IMG/VR virus record: IMGVR_UViG_3300020152_000004 | Coordinates: 1 to 56,832 of that record | Direction: 5' to 3' (one strand) | DNA from: a virus | Taxonomy: Duplodnaviria; Caudoviricetes | DNA length: 56,832 nucleotides | In this document: positions 28,894 to 38,248 of the stretch, in pieces | How positions within the stretch are numbered: the stretch's first letter is position 1 | Layout: the number at the start of each line of letters is the position of its first letter | Notes under the pieces: generated by a model | Databases searched by the model: none | What the model saw: the letters and a program-made list of their open reading frames with translations, nothing else | Told to the model about the DNA's origin: nothing | Translations under genes and position numbers: made by a program

Positions 28894-28923
28894 GCCCCCG
28901 CAACGCTAATGCGCTGCGAGGGC
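28894..28923 (-). terminator. Hairpin that would follow the reconstituted tRNA-Pro after integration
   Basis: Minus strand gccctcgcagcgc-atta-gcgttgcgggggc (13 bp with G-U pairs) then ttct, just 3' of the tRNA fragment. Confidence 0.55.
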
Positions 28924-28937
28924 CACAGTTATGTCGA

Positions 28938-28981
28938 GTCGGGACGGCGGGATTTGAACCCGCGACCCCCTGAACCCCATT
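28938..28981 (-). other. attP core: 3' half of tRNA-Pro(GGG)
   Basis: Minus strand aATGGGGT-TCAGG-GGGTC-GCGGG-TTCAAAT-CCCGC-CGTCCCG-AC covers anticodon loop to 3' end of a ProL-type tRNA; 5' half absent. Confidence 0.9.
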
Positions 28982-29115
28982 TCTGTACGGGGGGTCACCC
29001 GATTCCGCTAACTGTCTGATCTAGCAGCACATCCCACCTGACAACGTCGGTTCAGGGCACCCCGGAAATACCGGGATGTCGGGTCCAAATTGGACCACAA
29101 ACTGGACCACGCTGA

Positions 29116-30972
29116 ATGACGTTCCCGCAGTTTCATCTAGACTTGCACGACGAGCTGATCGTCGACCTGTTCGCCGGCGGCGGCGGCGCCTCCGACGGCA
29201 TCCGTGAGGCGCTGGGGCGCGAGTCTGACATCGCGATCAACCATGACGCCGCGGCCGTCGCGCTCCACAAGCTGAATCACCCTCAGACCCACCATCACAC
29301 GTGCGACGTCTTCGAGGTCGACCCCCGGACCGTCACCGGCGGTCGCCCGGTCGGACTGCTCTGGGCGTCGCCGGACTGCACGTATCACAGCAAGGCGCGG
29401 GGCGCGAAGCCGATACGGCACGCGAACAAGAAGCGCCGCGCGCTCGCCTGGGTCGTGACCCGCTGGTGCGCGCAGATGAAGCCCCGCGTGGTCATGCTCG
29501 AGAACGTCGAGGAGTTCGTCCACTGGGGCCCGCTCGTCGCGAAGCGCGACCCAGAGACCGGCCGCGTGCTGAAGCTGGTGAACCCGGGCGCGGACATGGA
29601 CGATGCGGACGAGTCGAAGCGGCCGAAGTACGTGGTCGCGGAACCGGGAGAGGTCGTGCCGGTGGAGCTCCAGGCTCTCACGCCGGACCCGCGCCGCCGC
29701 GCGAAGCATTTCCGCCGCTGGTTACGCTCCCTCGAGGAGCTGGGCTACGTCGTCGATTACAGGGAACTGAAGGCATGCGACTTCGGTGCACCGACGATCC
29801 GCAAGCGGCTGTTCCTCGTCGCGCGCTGCGACGGGCAGCCGATCGTGTGGCCGGAGCCGACGCACGGACCAGGGCGCGCGTATCCGTACCGCACGGCCGC
29901 CGAGTGCATCGACTGGTCAATCCCCATGCTCTCCATCTTCGCGACGAAATCGGAGGCGCGTGCGTGGGCGAAGAAGCTCGGCCAGGCGATCCCGATCCGT
30001 CCGCTCGCCGAAGCGACGATGCGGCGCGTTGCGCGCGGCGTCATGCGGTATGTGGTGAATGCGGCCCGGCCGTTCATCGTCCCCATCCAGAACGCCAGTG
30101 GCCGCGGAGCGCAGAGCGCGGACGAGCCGCTACGCACAGTGACCGCAATGCCAAAGGGAGGCGGCTTCGCTGTCGCAGCGCCGATGCTGGTACCGCGCTA
30201 TGGCGAGCGCGACGGGCAGGAGCCGCGCGTGCGCTCAACCGAGCAGCCGCTCGCGACGATTGTAGCCACCGACAACGGCGGCAGCCTCGCCGCCGCACAG
30301 CTTGCGACCTACTACGGATCGAAGTCCGATCGTGACGTGCGCGGGTCGGCAATGTCGGAGCCCGTCGACACAATCCCGACGGAGAACCGTCACGCGCTCG
30401 TCGCGTCGTTCATGGCGCGGCACTACGGCGGCGTGGTGGGCAAGGATCTTCGGGAACCCCAGGGTACCGTTCTCTCGAAGGGCGCGCAGGACCAGCTCGT
30501 CGCCGCTCACCTGTCGCACATGTATACGAGCAATACGGCCGGTGGGCAGGGCGATCCAACGCAGCCGCTCAAGACGCAGACGACGGCCAATCACGCCGGT
30601 CTGATCTACGGGTTCCTGCAGAAGTACTACGGCCAGGGCATCGGTCAGGATGCAGGCGCGCCGATGGACACCATCACGACGAAGGACCGGTTCGGCATCG
30701 TGATGGTCACGGTCGACGGCGTTCTGTTCGCGATCGTCGATATCTGCATGCGCATGCTGCAGCCGCGCGAGCTGTACAACGCGCAGGGCTTCTCGCCCAA
30801 CTACCGCATCAACTGCCAGGTCTGGGACATGACACGGAAGAAACCGCGCTGGCGCTGGCTGACGAAGACTGAGCAGGTCCGGATGGTCGGCAACAGCGTA
30901 TCCCCGCCAGTCGCCACCGCACTCGCAGCGGCGAACGTCCCCGAGCTCGCAATGCGCAAGGTGGCCGCATGA
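29116..30972 (+). CDS. DNA (cytosine-5) methyltransferase
   Basis: DLFAGGGG, ASPDC, ENV, RKRLF, GNSV motifs; repeated P..T(I/V) modules. Confidence 0.93.
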   Translation: MTFPQFHLDLHDELIVDLFAGGGGASDGIREALGRESDIAINHDAAAVALHKLNHPQTHHHTCDVFEVDPRTVTGGRPVGLLWASPDCTYHSKARGAKPIRHANKKRRALAWVVTRWCAQMKPRVVMLENVEEFVHWGPLVAKRDPETGRVLKLVNPGADMDDADESKRPKYVVAEPGEVVPVELQALTPDPRRRAKHFRRWLRSLEELGYVVDYRELKACDFGAPTIRKRLFLVARCDGQPIVWPEPTHGPGRAYPYRTAAECIDWSIPMLSIFATKSEARAWAKKLGQAIPIRPLAEATMRRVARGVMRYVVNAARPFIVPIQNASGRGAQSADEPLRTVTAMPKGGGFAVAAPMLVPRYGERDGQEPRVRSTEQPLATIVATDNGGSLAAAQLATYYGSKSDRDVRGSAMSEPVDTIPTENRHALVASFMARHYGGVVGKDLREPQGTVLSKGAQDQLVAAHLSHMYTSNTAGGQGDPTQPLKTQTTANHAGLIYGFLQKYYGQGIGQDAGAPMDTITTKDRFGIVMVTVDGVLFAIVDICMRMLQPRELYNAQGFSPNYRINCQVWDMTRKKPRWRWLTKTEQVRMVGNSVSPPVATALAAANVPELAMRKVAA

Positions 30973-31487
30973 CACGCATGTCAGCGAACCAGCTCGACAC
31001 CGTCGCCTCGAAGATTCTCGAGGGCCTGCTCGTCCACATGCCCGACGTCCCGCCCGACAAGCTCGAGCTCATTCTCGCGCGCGTCGCACGGATGCATCGC
31101 GAGCGCGTGGAGCAGAGCGAGGCCGCCGGCGTAGCTGCAATCGAGGAAGCCGCGCGCGCGGAAGCCGTTGAGCGGATGCAGCGAGCGGAAGCCCTCATGC
31201 TCGCGCGCCAGGCGGAGGCGAAGCAGCGCGATGAGGTGATCGAGAAGCAGCGGCAGGGTGTAGCCGCCGCGCGTCTCGCGCGTGCAATCAAGGACGGCGC
31301 TGGGTCGCCCCTGAAGCGGAAGAAGAAGTTCCCGGTGCTCGTCGGGCAGATCCGCGCGCTGCGCCGGGATAATCCGACGATCAAGCAGTCAGCCGCATTG
31401 CGCCATTTCGAGACGATGTATGGCCCGAAGTACCTATCGGGTCCGGGCTTCCGCGTCTACTGGCTGGAGGCGACGGGGCCGCGATGA
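30969..31487 (+). CDS. Hypothetical protein
   Basis: 172 aa, ATGA-coupled. Confidence 0.55.
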   Translation: MTRMSANQLDTVASKILEGLLVHMPDVPPDKLELILARVARMHRERVEQSEAAGVAAIEEAARAEAVERMQRAEALMLARQAEAKQRDEVIEKQRQGVAAARLARAIKDGAGSPLKRKKKFPVLVGQIRALRRDNPTIKQSAALRHFETMYGPKYLSGPGFRVYWLEATGPR

Positions 31488-32038
31488 GTTACATGACCCA
31501 CCGGGCAACGAATCATCCCCAACAAGTCGCTGCGAATGGAGTGCGCGACGACGTAGACGATCGCGCGACGACGCCCGAACTGTTCGCGAAAATACACGCG
31601 CGATTCGGATTTACTATTGACGCTGCAGCGGCTTCTCATAACGCGAAGCTTCCGCGCTTCTTCGACCGAGCGACATGCGGCCTGTCGCAGCCGTGGGCGG
31701 GCGAGCGCGTGTGGTGCAACCCTCCGTACAGCCGGATCCGCCCGTGGATCGAAAAGGCGTGGGCGTCTGAAGACGCGCCGCTGATCGTGATGATCCTGCC
31801 TGCGAACCGTACCGAGCAGGGCTGGTGGCAACATCTCGTCGAGCCGTTCCGGGACCGTCCGGGCTCAGTTCTTCGAACGGAGTTCCTCCCCGGACGCATT
31901 CGGTTCCTTAAGCCTGGACAAAGCAGGATCGGGCCGAACGAGCGCTCTCCATTCGGCTGCGTTCTGCTCATCTGGGACCGGCATAACACAACCGCGGCCT
32001 CCCCGCGGCCGCATATCCCCAATCACCCGGGAAGATAG
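31484..32038 (+). CDS. Phage DNA N6-adenine methyltransferase (Dam family)
   Basis: TTPELF, FTIDAAA, GLSQPW, VWCNPPYS, LPANRTE..WW, GRIRF. Confidence 0.88.
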   Translation: MSYMTHRATNHPQQVAANGVRDDVDDRATTPELFAKIHARFGFTIDAAAASHNAKLPRFFDRATCGLSQPWAGERVWCNPPYSRIRPWIEKAWASEDAPLIVMILPANRTEQGWWQHLVEPFRDRPGSVLRTEFLPGRIRFLKPGQSRIGPNERSPFGCVLLIWDRHNTTAASPRPHIPNHPGR

Positions 32039-32043
32039 GACAC

Positions 32044-33510
32044 ATGAAGTTCACGAAGATCAAATACGCGAACGAGGAAGTGGAGCTCGTCTACACCGAG
32101 ACGGGCGACGACAACAGCGTGGCGATCACGCAGAAGTCGACGCAGGAGCCGACCCCGCAGTTCCAGAAGGCGTTCAGGGACCTGCACAAGCACGTGCCCG
32201 GACTTACGGACATGCCCGAGAAGTATCTCGCATCGGCCGAAGTCACCAGTGTGCATCTGTCTTACGACAAGGATGGCCAGCGCAGCCTGGTCTCGCTCAG
32301 CGTGAAACGACCGGTGAAGAAGTCGAACTCGCCGCTCGTGTTCACGACACCGAACCTGAGCGAGAACGAGCTGACCGCGGACGATCCGATTTTCACCGAC
32401 ATCGACAAGCTGTGCCGGCTTGCGCGCGGATACGTGAATGGCGAGCGGTCCCAGACCGTCATGTTCGAGGGGACGAAGAAAGCGCGGAAGAAGGACGCCG
32501 AGCGCGGCCAGACGAACCTGGTGGATGAGATCGAGGCGGAGAAGAAGGAAGGCGCTCGCCTGGTCCGCCAGCGCGAAGCGCAGGAAGCGTTCGCGATGAT
32601 CATGGGCCCGAAGCCGGACCTCGTGCCGGAGGACGACGCCGAGCTGCAGAACATCATCATGCGCCGCTTCGACGAGGTCCAACACGTCGACAACGACGGT
32701 GACCCGGACGCACGCAGGATCGATGGTCTGTACCGGTGGGAGCGGCCGGTCGACGAGGGCGAGACCCCGAGCGTCGTCTGGTGCCAGGTGAGCACGGAGG
32801 GCGGCCTCGAGCGGTACTGGTTCGATGTGCTGCCGGAGAAGTTCGACGCCGGCGCGCTCGTCCCGACAGCGCTCGGACCGAGGCTCGTGCGCATGCTCCG
32901 CACGGCGTGGGGAATGGAGCTGCCGGATGATGAGCAGCCAGAGGAGACGGAGCCGGAGCAGGATGAGCCCGCACCGGATACATCGGCCGCCGACTACCGG
33001 AAGCGGATCCGGCCGGCGCCGATGCCGGAGGGCACGGCGGTCACCACCGAGATGCTCATGCAGGCGGTGCACTCCGCATTGTTCGACATGGTGGGCGGCG
33101 GTGAGAAGATCGAAGCGTTCTGGTTCGAACTGCATCGGTCAGGCGCAACCGACGAGCAGCTGCAGGGCGCGATTGACACCGCGCTGCACATGCGCGGCGG
33201 CGGTCTGCCGTCATTCCGTTTCAATGAGGCGATCGGGCTTCAGCAGAACGAGAAGGGCTTGGTCTACCACAACGTCGAGATCTCACGGAACCCGCTGCGC
33301 TTCGTGGTCGGCAAGGGCCGCAAGCGGAAGACGATGGACGGCGACACGCTAGTCGCAGCCGTCCGCACCATGCTCGAGATCCCCGAGCTGGACGGGGAGT
33401 CAATCCAGCAGCCTCAGTCGGAGGGAGGTGAGCCCTATGTAGAGGCCGCCGATGAAAGCGGCGGGGATTCGACGGCGTCCGTCGACGTCGAGACGGGCGC
33501 CCGCGCATGA
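32044..33510 (+). CDS. Multidomain hypothetical protein
   Basis: 488 aa, AGGA RBS, phage-like codon usage. Confidence 0.7.
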   Translation: MKFTKIKYANEEVELVYTETGDDNSVAITQKSTQEPTPQFQKAFRDLHKHVPGLTDMPEKYLASAEVTSVHLSYDKDGQRSLVSLSVKRPVKKSNSPLVFTTPNLSENELTADDPIFTDIDKLCRLARGYVNGERSQTVMFEGTKKARKKDAERGQTNLVDEIEAEKKEGARLVRQREAQEAFAMIMGPKPDLVPEDDAELQNIIMRRFDEVQHVDNDGDPDARRIDGLYRWERPVDEGETPSVVWCQVSTEGGLERYWFDVLPEKFDAGALVPTALGPRLVRMLRTAWGMELPDDEQPEETEPEQDEPAPDTSAADYRKRIRPAPMPEGTAVTTEMLMQAVHSALFDMVGGGEKIEAFWFELHRSGATDEQLQGAIDTALHMRGGGLPSFRFNEAIGLQQNEKGLVYHNVEISRNPLRFVVGKGRKRKTMDGDTLVAAVRTMLEIPELDGESIQQPQSEGGEPYVEAADESGGDSTASVDVETGARA

Positions 33511-34157
33511 GCCGCTACACGATCAACGCCAGGTTCGTCGCCAACTTCGAGTGGCCGGGCACGCCGACTCCCAACTGGAAGCGAAAGCGCGGGACATTCA
33601 AGGTGACACCTGGGCGCACGCAAGCCGACCTGCAGCGCGAGCTGGGGCACCTTCGCGCGAAGAACGTCACGATCCACCTCGACTGCGACCCGGGGGAGAT
33701 CCGGAAAGACGGATACCCGCGGTCGAACGCGCGCGTCCGCGGTCCCGGGGTGATCGTCAGCTTCGATCTGCCGGACGGGACGCAGCTCTCCTATCCCTGC
33801 GACACCTACACGCACTGGGATGACAACCTGCGCGCGATCACGCTGGCCCTGGCTGCGTTGCGCGCAGTCGATCGGTACGGCGTCACCAAGCGCGGGGAGC
33901 AGTATCAGGGCTGGGCGAAGCTTCCGCCGGCGGGAGGCAGCTCGAGCACGATGACCGCGAACGCGGCCGCGCAGATCATCGCAGAGCTGGCTGATTATCG
34001 CGCGGACCTGATCTTGGGCGACCGGATCCACGCTTCCACGGCCATCCGCCGCGCAGCGATGAAGACCCATCCTGACACGGGCGGCACGGACGAGCAGTTC
34101 CACCGATGGAAGGCTGCGAGCACTGTGCTCAACGCGCATCACGGTGGCGCCCGGTGA
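33507..34157 (+). CDS. Phage J-domain-containing protein
   Basis: C-terminal KTHPDTGG (HPD); N-domain PCDTY..WDDNLRAI.L.L.ALR.VDRYGV. Confidence 0.75.
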   Translation: MSRYTINARFVANFEWPGTPTPNWKRKRGTFKVTPGRTQADLQRELGHLRAKNVTIHLDCDPGEIRKDGYPRSNARVRGPGVIVSFDLPDGTQLSYPCDTYTHWDDNLRAITLALAALRAVDRYGVTKRGEQYQGWAKLPPAGGSSSTMTANAAAQIIAELADYRADLILGDRIHASTAIRRAAMKTHPDTGGTDEQFHRWKAASTVLNAHHGGAR

Positions 34158-34375
34158 GCGCGCTCGCGCGATTCCTCACGCACCCAGTGCCCCTGTGGCT
34201 GGTCTGGTCGATCGGCTTCATGTGGGCCATCGCATCAATCCGCCGCATCACCGGAAAGAAGCCCACCCGCTGGTCCGAACTCGCGTGGTGGATCATCGCA
34301 GCCCTGTTCGCATGGCCGTGGGTGATGGGAACGGACGTCCAGGACGCAGTACGAGACGATCACCGCCATGGGTAA
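34154..34375 (+). CDS. Small Trp-rich membrane protein
   Basis: Two TM segments, GTGA overlap. Confidence 0.5.
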   Translation: MSALARFLTHPVPLWLVWSIGFMWAIASIRRITGKKPTRWSELAWWIIAALFAWPWVMGTDVQDAVRDDHRHG

Positions 34376-34673
34376 GCGTCCAGGCGGGCTCAACTTCCAG
34401 TATTCGCCGGCGCAACGGCTCCGTGCCCGAGTGTATCGGCGCGACTACTTCAGCTGCGTCGACTGCGGGTGGTGCCCGCCGTATGTGCCGATCGATTACG
34501 ACGGCAGCACGACGCTACCATGCGTCTACGACAGGCTCCCGGATTACCTGCCACGCCCAGATCGCTTCCTCACAATCGATCATCGTAAACCGTTGCACCG
34601 CGGAGGGACGAGCCATCCTCGCAACCTCCGGACGATGTGCAATCGGTGCAATTCATCCAAAGGCATCAGCTGA
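34368..34673 (+). CDS. HNH endonuclease
   Basis: RDYFSCVDCG...TIDHRKP..RGG...NLRTMCNRCNSSK. Confidence 0.88.
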   Translation: MGKRPGGLNFQYSPAQRLRARVYRRDYFSCVDCGWCPPYVPIDYDGSTTLPCVYDRLPDYLPRPDRFLTIDHRKPLHRGGTSHPRNLRTMCNRCNSSKGIS

Positions 34674-36074
34674 ATGGCATACTCGAAAGTCGAACGCGAC
34701 ACATGGCATGATGAGCGGGTCAGAACATGGCCCCGCGTGCGTCGCGACGTCTGGTTTTATCTGCTGGTGAACCCGCACATGGACCGACCAGGTGGGCGGA
34801 TCGGGTGCTACGTCCTGGACCCGTTCTACGTGGCCGCAGACCTATCCTGCATCGACTGGCGGCCAACCCCACAGGAGGTCGAGGCCGAGCTCATCGAGCT
34901 CGATCGCATCGGCCGGATCGTGTGGGATCCGAAGACACGGGTGGTGATGCTGACCCAGTTCTTCAAGCACAATCAGCCTGAGAACCCCAACGTCCTGACC
35001 GCCGCGGCCGGCGATGTGAACGCGCTGCCGTTCTCCGAAACAGTTTTGAAAGGGTTGATTTCGGCGGCCGAGACGCTCCTTCCGGAACGGTTCGCCAAGG
35101 GTCAGCCATACGCGGAGGTAATTGCCGACGCGGCCCGCGCCCGACTCGCCGCTCACGACGCGGCACATGGTAAATGGCGGAATGGCGCGGATTTCAACCG
35201 TTCCGAAACTGTTGCTGGAACGGTTACCGAAACCCTTCCGGAACGGTATGGCAAACCAGCCCGAAACCCAGAGCCGGAACCGGAGCCGGAGCCTTTACCA
35301 GAACCAGATCCGGAACCAAAACGACCAACGACCCCCGCGCGCGCCGTACGTGCGCACGCGAGCACGCCCGCGTCGCACGCGCACGAGAACGTCGGTCGGT
35401 CGGTCGAGGACTTCGTAAGCGAGGTCATCATCCTCGCAAACCGGGGCATGGCGGACGCCGGGATCGAGTACCGCCCGCTGCTCACCACCGGCAAGCACCG
35501 GCAGCCCGTGTTCGACTGGCTGCAGGCGGGATACTCCGAGGCGGTCATCCGCTCCGCGGTATATCACACCGCCAGGGCCTTCGTGCCTGACGTCGACAAC
35601 GCCCAGATCAGCTCCATGGCCTACTTCACCGCGGCCGTGAAGCGCACCCACGAAACCGGCCAGGCGTCGCGAGTCGAGATCCCACCCGACAGCATCGCCG
35701 GACGCATCGCCGCGCAGCTGCCCAAGGACCGCAACGGTCACCCCGTCGAGGCCGGCATGTACCGGCCGAAGGGGTCCATGGCCGATCGCGACACGAACGG
35801 CCCCACGGGCATTGTCGACACCCTGAACGCGGTGATCTCGAAGACCGCAACCCAGGCCATGAGCGAGCGCGTCGCGGAATGGGAACGTGAGAACCCCGAC
35901 GACGCCGAGTGGCTGCGCCAGGACATCGAGGAGGAGCTCGACCGCGAGATCTCGGCAGCAGCCGAAACCGATGACGACCCGGAGGAGTGGCCACCGGTCC
36001 GGAAAAAGCTCGAGCTCGCCAGCCGATTCCTCACACGCGTGCGTGAAAAGTTCGAGGCAGGTGCCGATGCATGA
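34674..36074 (+). CDS. Putative phage replication initiator
   Basis: YSKV...W.DE...YLL.NPH...GCY N-terminal wHTH typical of replisome organisers; PEPEPE linker; internal DNA repeats. Confidence 0.7.
   Translation: MAYSKVERDTWHDERVRTWPRVRRDVWFYLLVNPHMDRPGGRIGCYVLDPFYVAADLSCIDWRPTPQEVEAELIELDRIGRIVWDPKTRVVMLTQFFKHNQPENPNVLTAAAGDVNALPFSETVLKGLISAAETLLPERFAKGQPYAEVIADAARARLAAHDAAHGKWRNGADFNRSETVAGTVTETLPERYGKPARNPEPEPEPEPLPEPDPEPKRPTTPARAVRAHASTPASHAHENVGRSVEDFVSEVIILANRGMADAGIEYRPLLTTGKHRQPVFDWLQAGYSEAVIRSAVYHTARAFVPDVDNAQISSMAYFTAAVKRTHETGQASRVEIPPDSIAGRIAAQLPKDRNGHPVEAGMYRPKGSMADRDTNGPTGIVDTLNAVISKTATQAMSERVAEWERENPDDAEWLRQDIEEELDREISAAAETDDDPEEWPPVRKKLELASRFLTRVREKFEAGADA
35028..35247. promoter_or_regulatory. 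Putative replication origin iterons within the initiator gene
   Basis: ccttccggaacggt at 35078-91 and 35234-47; inverted aaccgttcc(35196-204)/ggaacggtt(35217-25); ccgaaac.gtt variants. Confidence 0.55.
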
Positions 36075-36216
36075 CCTCCGCGAACCGCCGCCCTCTCCGG
36101 CGGAACAGAGACTCATGGTGCTCAGCGCAATCATCGTGATCGGAGCGCTCTCATTCGGCATCGGCTTGGTCTACCTGGCGAAATATCTCATCGCCCATCT
36201 CGTGTGGGTGCCCTGA
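36067..36216 (+). CDS. Small membrane protein
   Basis: 49 aa, one TM, overlap-coupled. Confidence 0.45.
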   Translation: MHDLREPPPSPAEQRLMVLSAIIVIGALSFGIGLVYLAKYLIAHLVWVP

Positions 36217-36533
36217 TGCCGCTTTTCGTCTGCGAGAACCCGGAATGCCGGGCCGTCGAGAACACCGCACGCGTCGAGGGATGGCTCGCCCGGAAGATGG
36301 CCCGCACCCAGGTCCGTCTCACCGGCAGCGCACACCCGTGGGCGCCCGAGATCGCCACCATGCCGCAGCTCTGCAGCGAGTGCATCACCGGCAGATGGCA
36401 CGGCCACTTCCCGAAGCGGCAGTACGACCCGTCCACGGATCCGCCGTTCGTCGTTCCGGGCGAGCCGCAGCTCGCAAACCCCGTCGAACCAGGGCCACAC
36501 GATCCGACAGCTGAAAAAAGGGCGGGGAGCTGA
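36216..36533 (+). CDS. Zn-binding hypothetical protein
   Basis: MPLFVCENPEC...ENT...LCSEC...WHGHF. Confidence 0.6.
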   Translation: MPLFVCENPECRAVENTARVEGWLARKMARTQVRLTGSAHPWAPEIATMPQLCSECITGRWHGHFPKRQYDPSTDPPFVVPGEPQLANPVEPGPHDPTAEKRAGS

Positions 36534-37021
36534 TGGAGCTTTTCGCCACCGAACCGCGCGTGCTGTTCCGGCTGACGGTTCAGGGTCACCCCGAGCCGGC
36601 GGGTTCGAAGAAGGCTCTGCCGCTCGGCGGGAAGCACGGCGGCAGACCGATCGTGGTCGATGCCAACCCGAAAGCGAAGCCGTGGAAGAACACGATCGCG
36701 CGCCAGGCTCAGCTCGCCATGGTCGGGCTACCAATCATCACGTTCCCCGTCGAGGCTGAGTTCAAGTTCTGGCTGCTGCGGCCGGCCAGCCACTTCAACG
36801 CGTCAGGGAAGCTGAAGCCGCGCGCGCCCAGGTTCCCAGGCGTTCGGCCGGATCTCCTGAAGTTCGCGCGCGCAGCCGAGGATGCGTTGACGGACATCGT
36901 TTACGAAGACGACGCGCTGATCGTGACCGAGATCCTGAAGAAGCGATACAGCCGGACACAGCGGATGGAGATCATCATCCGCGAAGCGACACTTACCGAT
37001 GACGACGAGTGCGAGGAATGA
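36533..37021 (+). CDS. rusA: RusA-family Holliday junction resolvase
   Basis: RPDLLKFARAAEDALT..VYEDDALIV motif. Confidence 0.85.
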   Translation: MELFATEPRVLFRLTVQGHPEPAGSKKALPLGGKHGGRPIVVDANPKAKPWKNTIARQAQLAMVGLPIITFPVEAEFKFWLLRPASHFNASGKLKPRAPRFPGVRPDLLKFARAAEDALTDIVYEDDALIVTEILKKRYSRTQRMEIIIREATLTDDDECEE

Positions 37022-38040
37022 GTACAATGCGAGAGAAGCCGATGAACGAGACGGAATCCCCTGGATCGACACCGGACGCCACCCCGGAGCCGTGCGCTCG
37101 ATGCGGTAAGCCAGCGGAATCGCGCGACGACTACGGGATCTGCGACGCGTGCTGTGCGCTGGAAGTCGCTGCGATGACGGGCGGGTCGGACGCCACAGGG
37201 ATGCAGGATGCAGCGAAGGCGTATGACCCGAAGGCGGTAGAGTTGGTGGCTGCGCTGATCGGCGCGAGTATCGACTTAGGCGAGGCGACGACGGTAGCCG
37301 AAAACGACGCCTGCGACGCCTTGGTGAACGACGCCGAGTCCGCCCTGCTGGACTACATCGCACGGCTGGCCGCTCCGTCATCCTCCACACCCGCGCAGAT
37401 ACCAGCAGCCGAGCCGGACGGTATCTGCTTCGTGCTGGTGCGTGACGGTCATGTGCTGCTGGAGCAGTGCCCGCGAAAGCGCGTCGTGCTCGGCGTTGGC
37501 GAGTGGTTCGTGCCGGGCGGTAAGGTGGAGCCGGGAGAGACAGGCGACGAAGCCCTGCACCGCGAGATCATGGAGGAACTAGGCATCCGCATTATCGCGG
37601 GTCAGGCGCTCCCCCTCATCGAAGGCTCGGCGATCCCGCCGACCGAAAAGGGTGTGTTCATCATGCGCCCGTACGCGGTCACGGAATGGGATGGCGAGGT
37701 GCCCGCGCAGACGTATGACCATGACGGCGTACCGCTCCGCTGGACGCCTATCGCGGAGGCCCTGCAATCGCCCGTGCCGCAGGTCCGCGCAATGGTCGCA
37801 ATGGCCGCCGCCCTGCGCGCATCCACACCCTCACCAGCACCGGAGCAGGACGGGATGCCGGAAGCGTGGATGGTTCGCTACCTCGACGGTCATGAATGGC
37901 GGCGTGCTCGTTTCAACGACAGCGCTGTGCCGTGCTTTACGAGCGATGCGGATGATGCCCGAGCGATGGCGGCGGTCCTGCGAGAGGACGGCTACAAAGT
38001 CGAGGTGTGTTCTGTCCACCGCAGGGCGTCCGATGCTTAG
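37018..38040 (+). CDS. Mosaic protein with NUDIX hydrolase domain
   Basis: Nudix box PGGKVEPGETGDEALHREIMEELGI. Confidence 0.8.
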   Translation: MSTMREKPMNETESPGSTPDATPEPCARCGKPAESRDDYGICDACCALEVAAMTGGSDATGMQDAAKAYDPKAVELVAALIGASIDLGEATTVAENDACDALVNDAESALLDYIARLAAPSSSTPAQIPAAEPDGICFVLVRDGHVLLEQCPRKRVVLGVGEWFVPGGKVEPGETGDEALHREIMEELGIRIIAGQALPLIEGSAIPPTEKGVFIMRPYAVTEWDGEVPAQTYDHDGVPLRWTPIAEALQSPVPQVRAMVAMAAALRASTPSPAPEQDGMPEAWMVRYLDGHEWRRARFNDSAVPCFTSDADDARAMAAVLREDGYKVEVCSVHRRASDA

Positions 38041-38248
38041 GATCGAGCGCCTCATGGAGATGGCCAAGGTGGACGCGGCGAAGGAGGGCTTCGACCCGCG
38101 CGGCGGATACGTCACGATGTGGATCGTCGGCCACCGCAGTCCCTACGCAATGCCATTCGAGATATGGAACGAAGCCCAGACCGCTGGCTTCTACGCTGGA
38201 CAGATCGCGGCCCGCGCGCCGCACCTTCGGGAGGACGACAATGGGTAA
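38033..38248 (+). CDS. Hypothetical protein
   Basis: 71 aa, overlap-coupled. Confidence 0.5.
   Translation: MLRIERLMEMAKVDAAKEGFDPRGGYVTMWIVGHRSPYAMPFEIWNEAQTAGFYAGQIAARAPHLREDDNG

Larger units (their letters stand above)
28853..29111. repeat. Integrase arm-type sites flanking attP
   Basis: attggaccacaaactg(a/g)accacg at 28853-28875 and 29089-29111 (22/23 identical), each a tandem TG(G/A)ACCAC. Confidence 0.8.

Noticed and set aside
28938-28981. Functional tRNA-Pro gene
   Set aside because: Only the 3' half from the anticodon loop is present; it is the attP core.
30070-30700. Repeated P..T(I/V) modules in the C5 methyltransferase
   Set aside because: Typical of this phage Dcm subfamily; not a DNA repeat array.
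31645-31660. Perfect GAAGC-TTCCGC-GCTTC hairpin (and a weaker gggc-ttccgc-gtct at about 31445-58) matching the leader motif
   Set aside because: Inside coding sequence with no promoter or overlapping terminator, so it may be chance in GC-rich DNA. Not counted as a copy, though worth including in a covariance search.
35265-35320. ccggaaccggagccggag repeats as a CRISPR or VNTR
   Set aside because: They encode the PEPEPE linker of the initiator and have no spacer structure. I saw no CRISPR array or cas gene anywhere.
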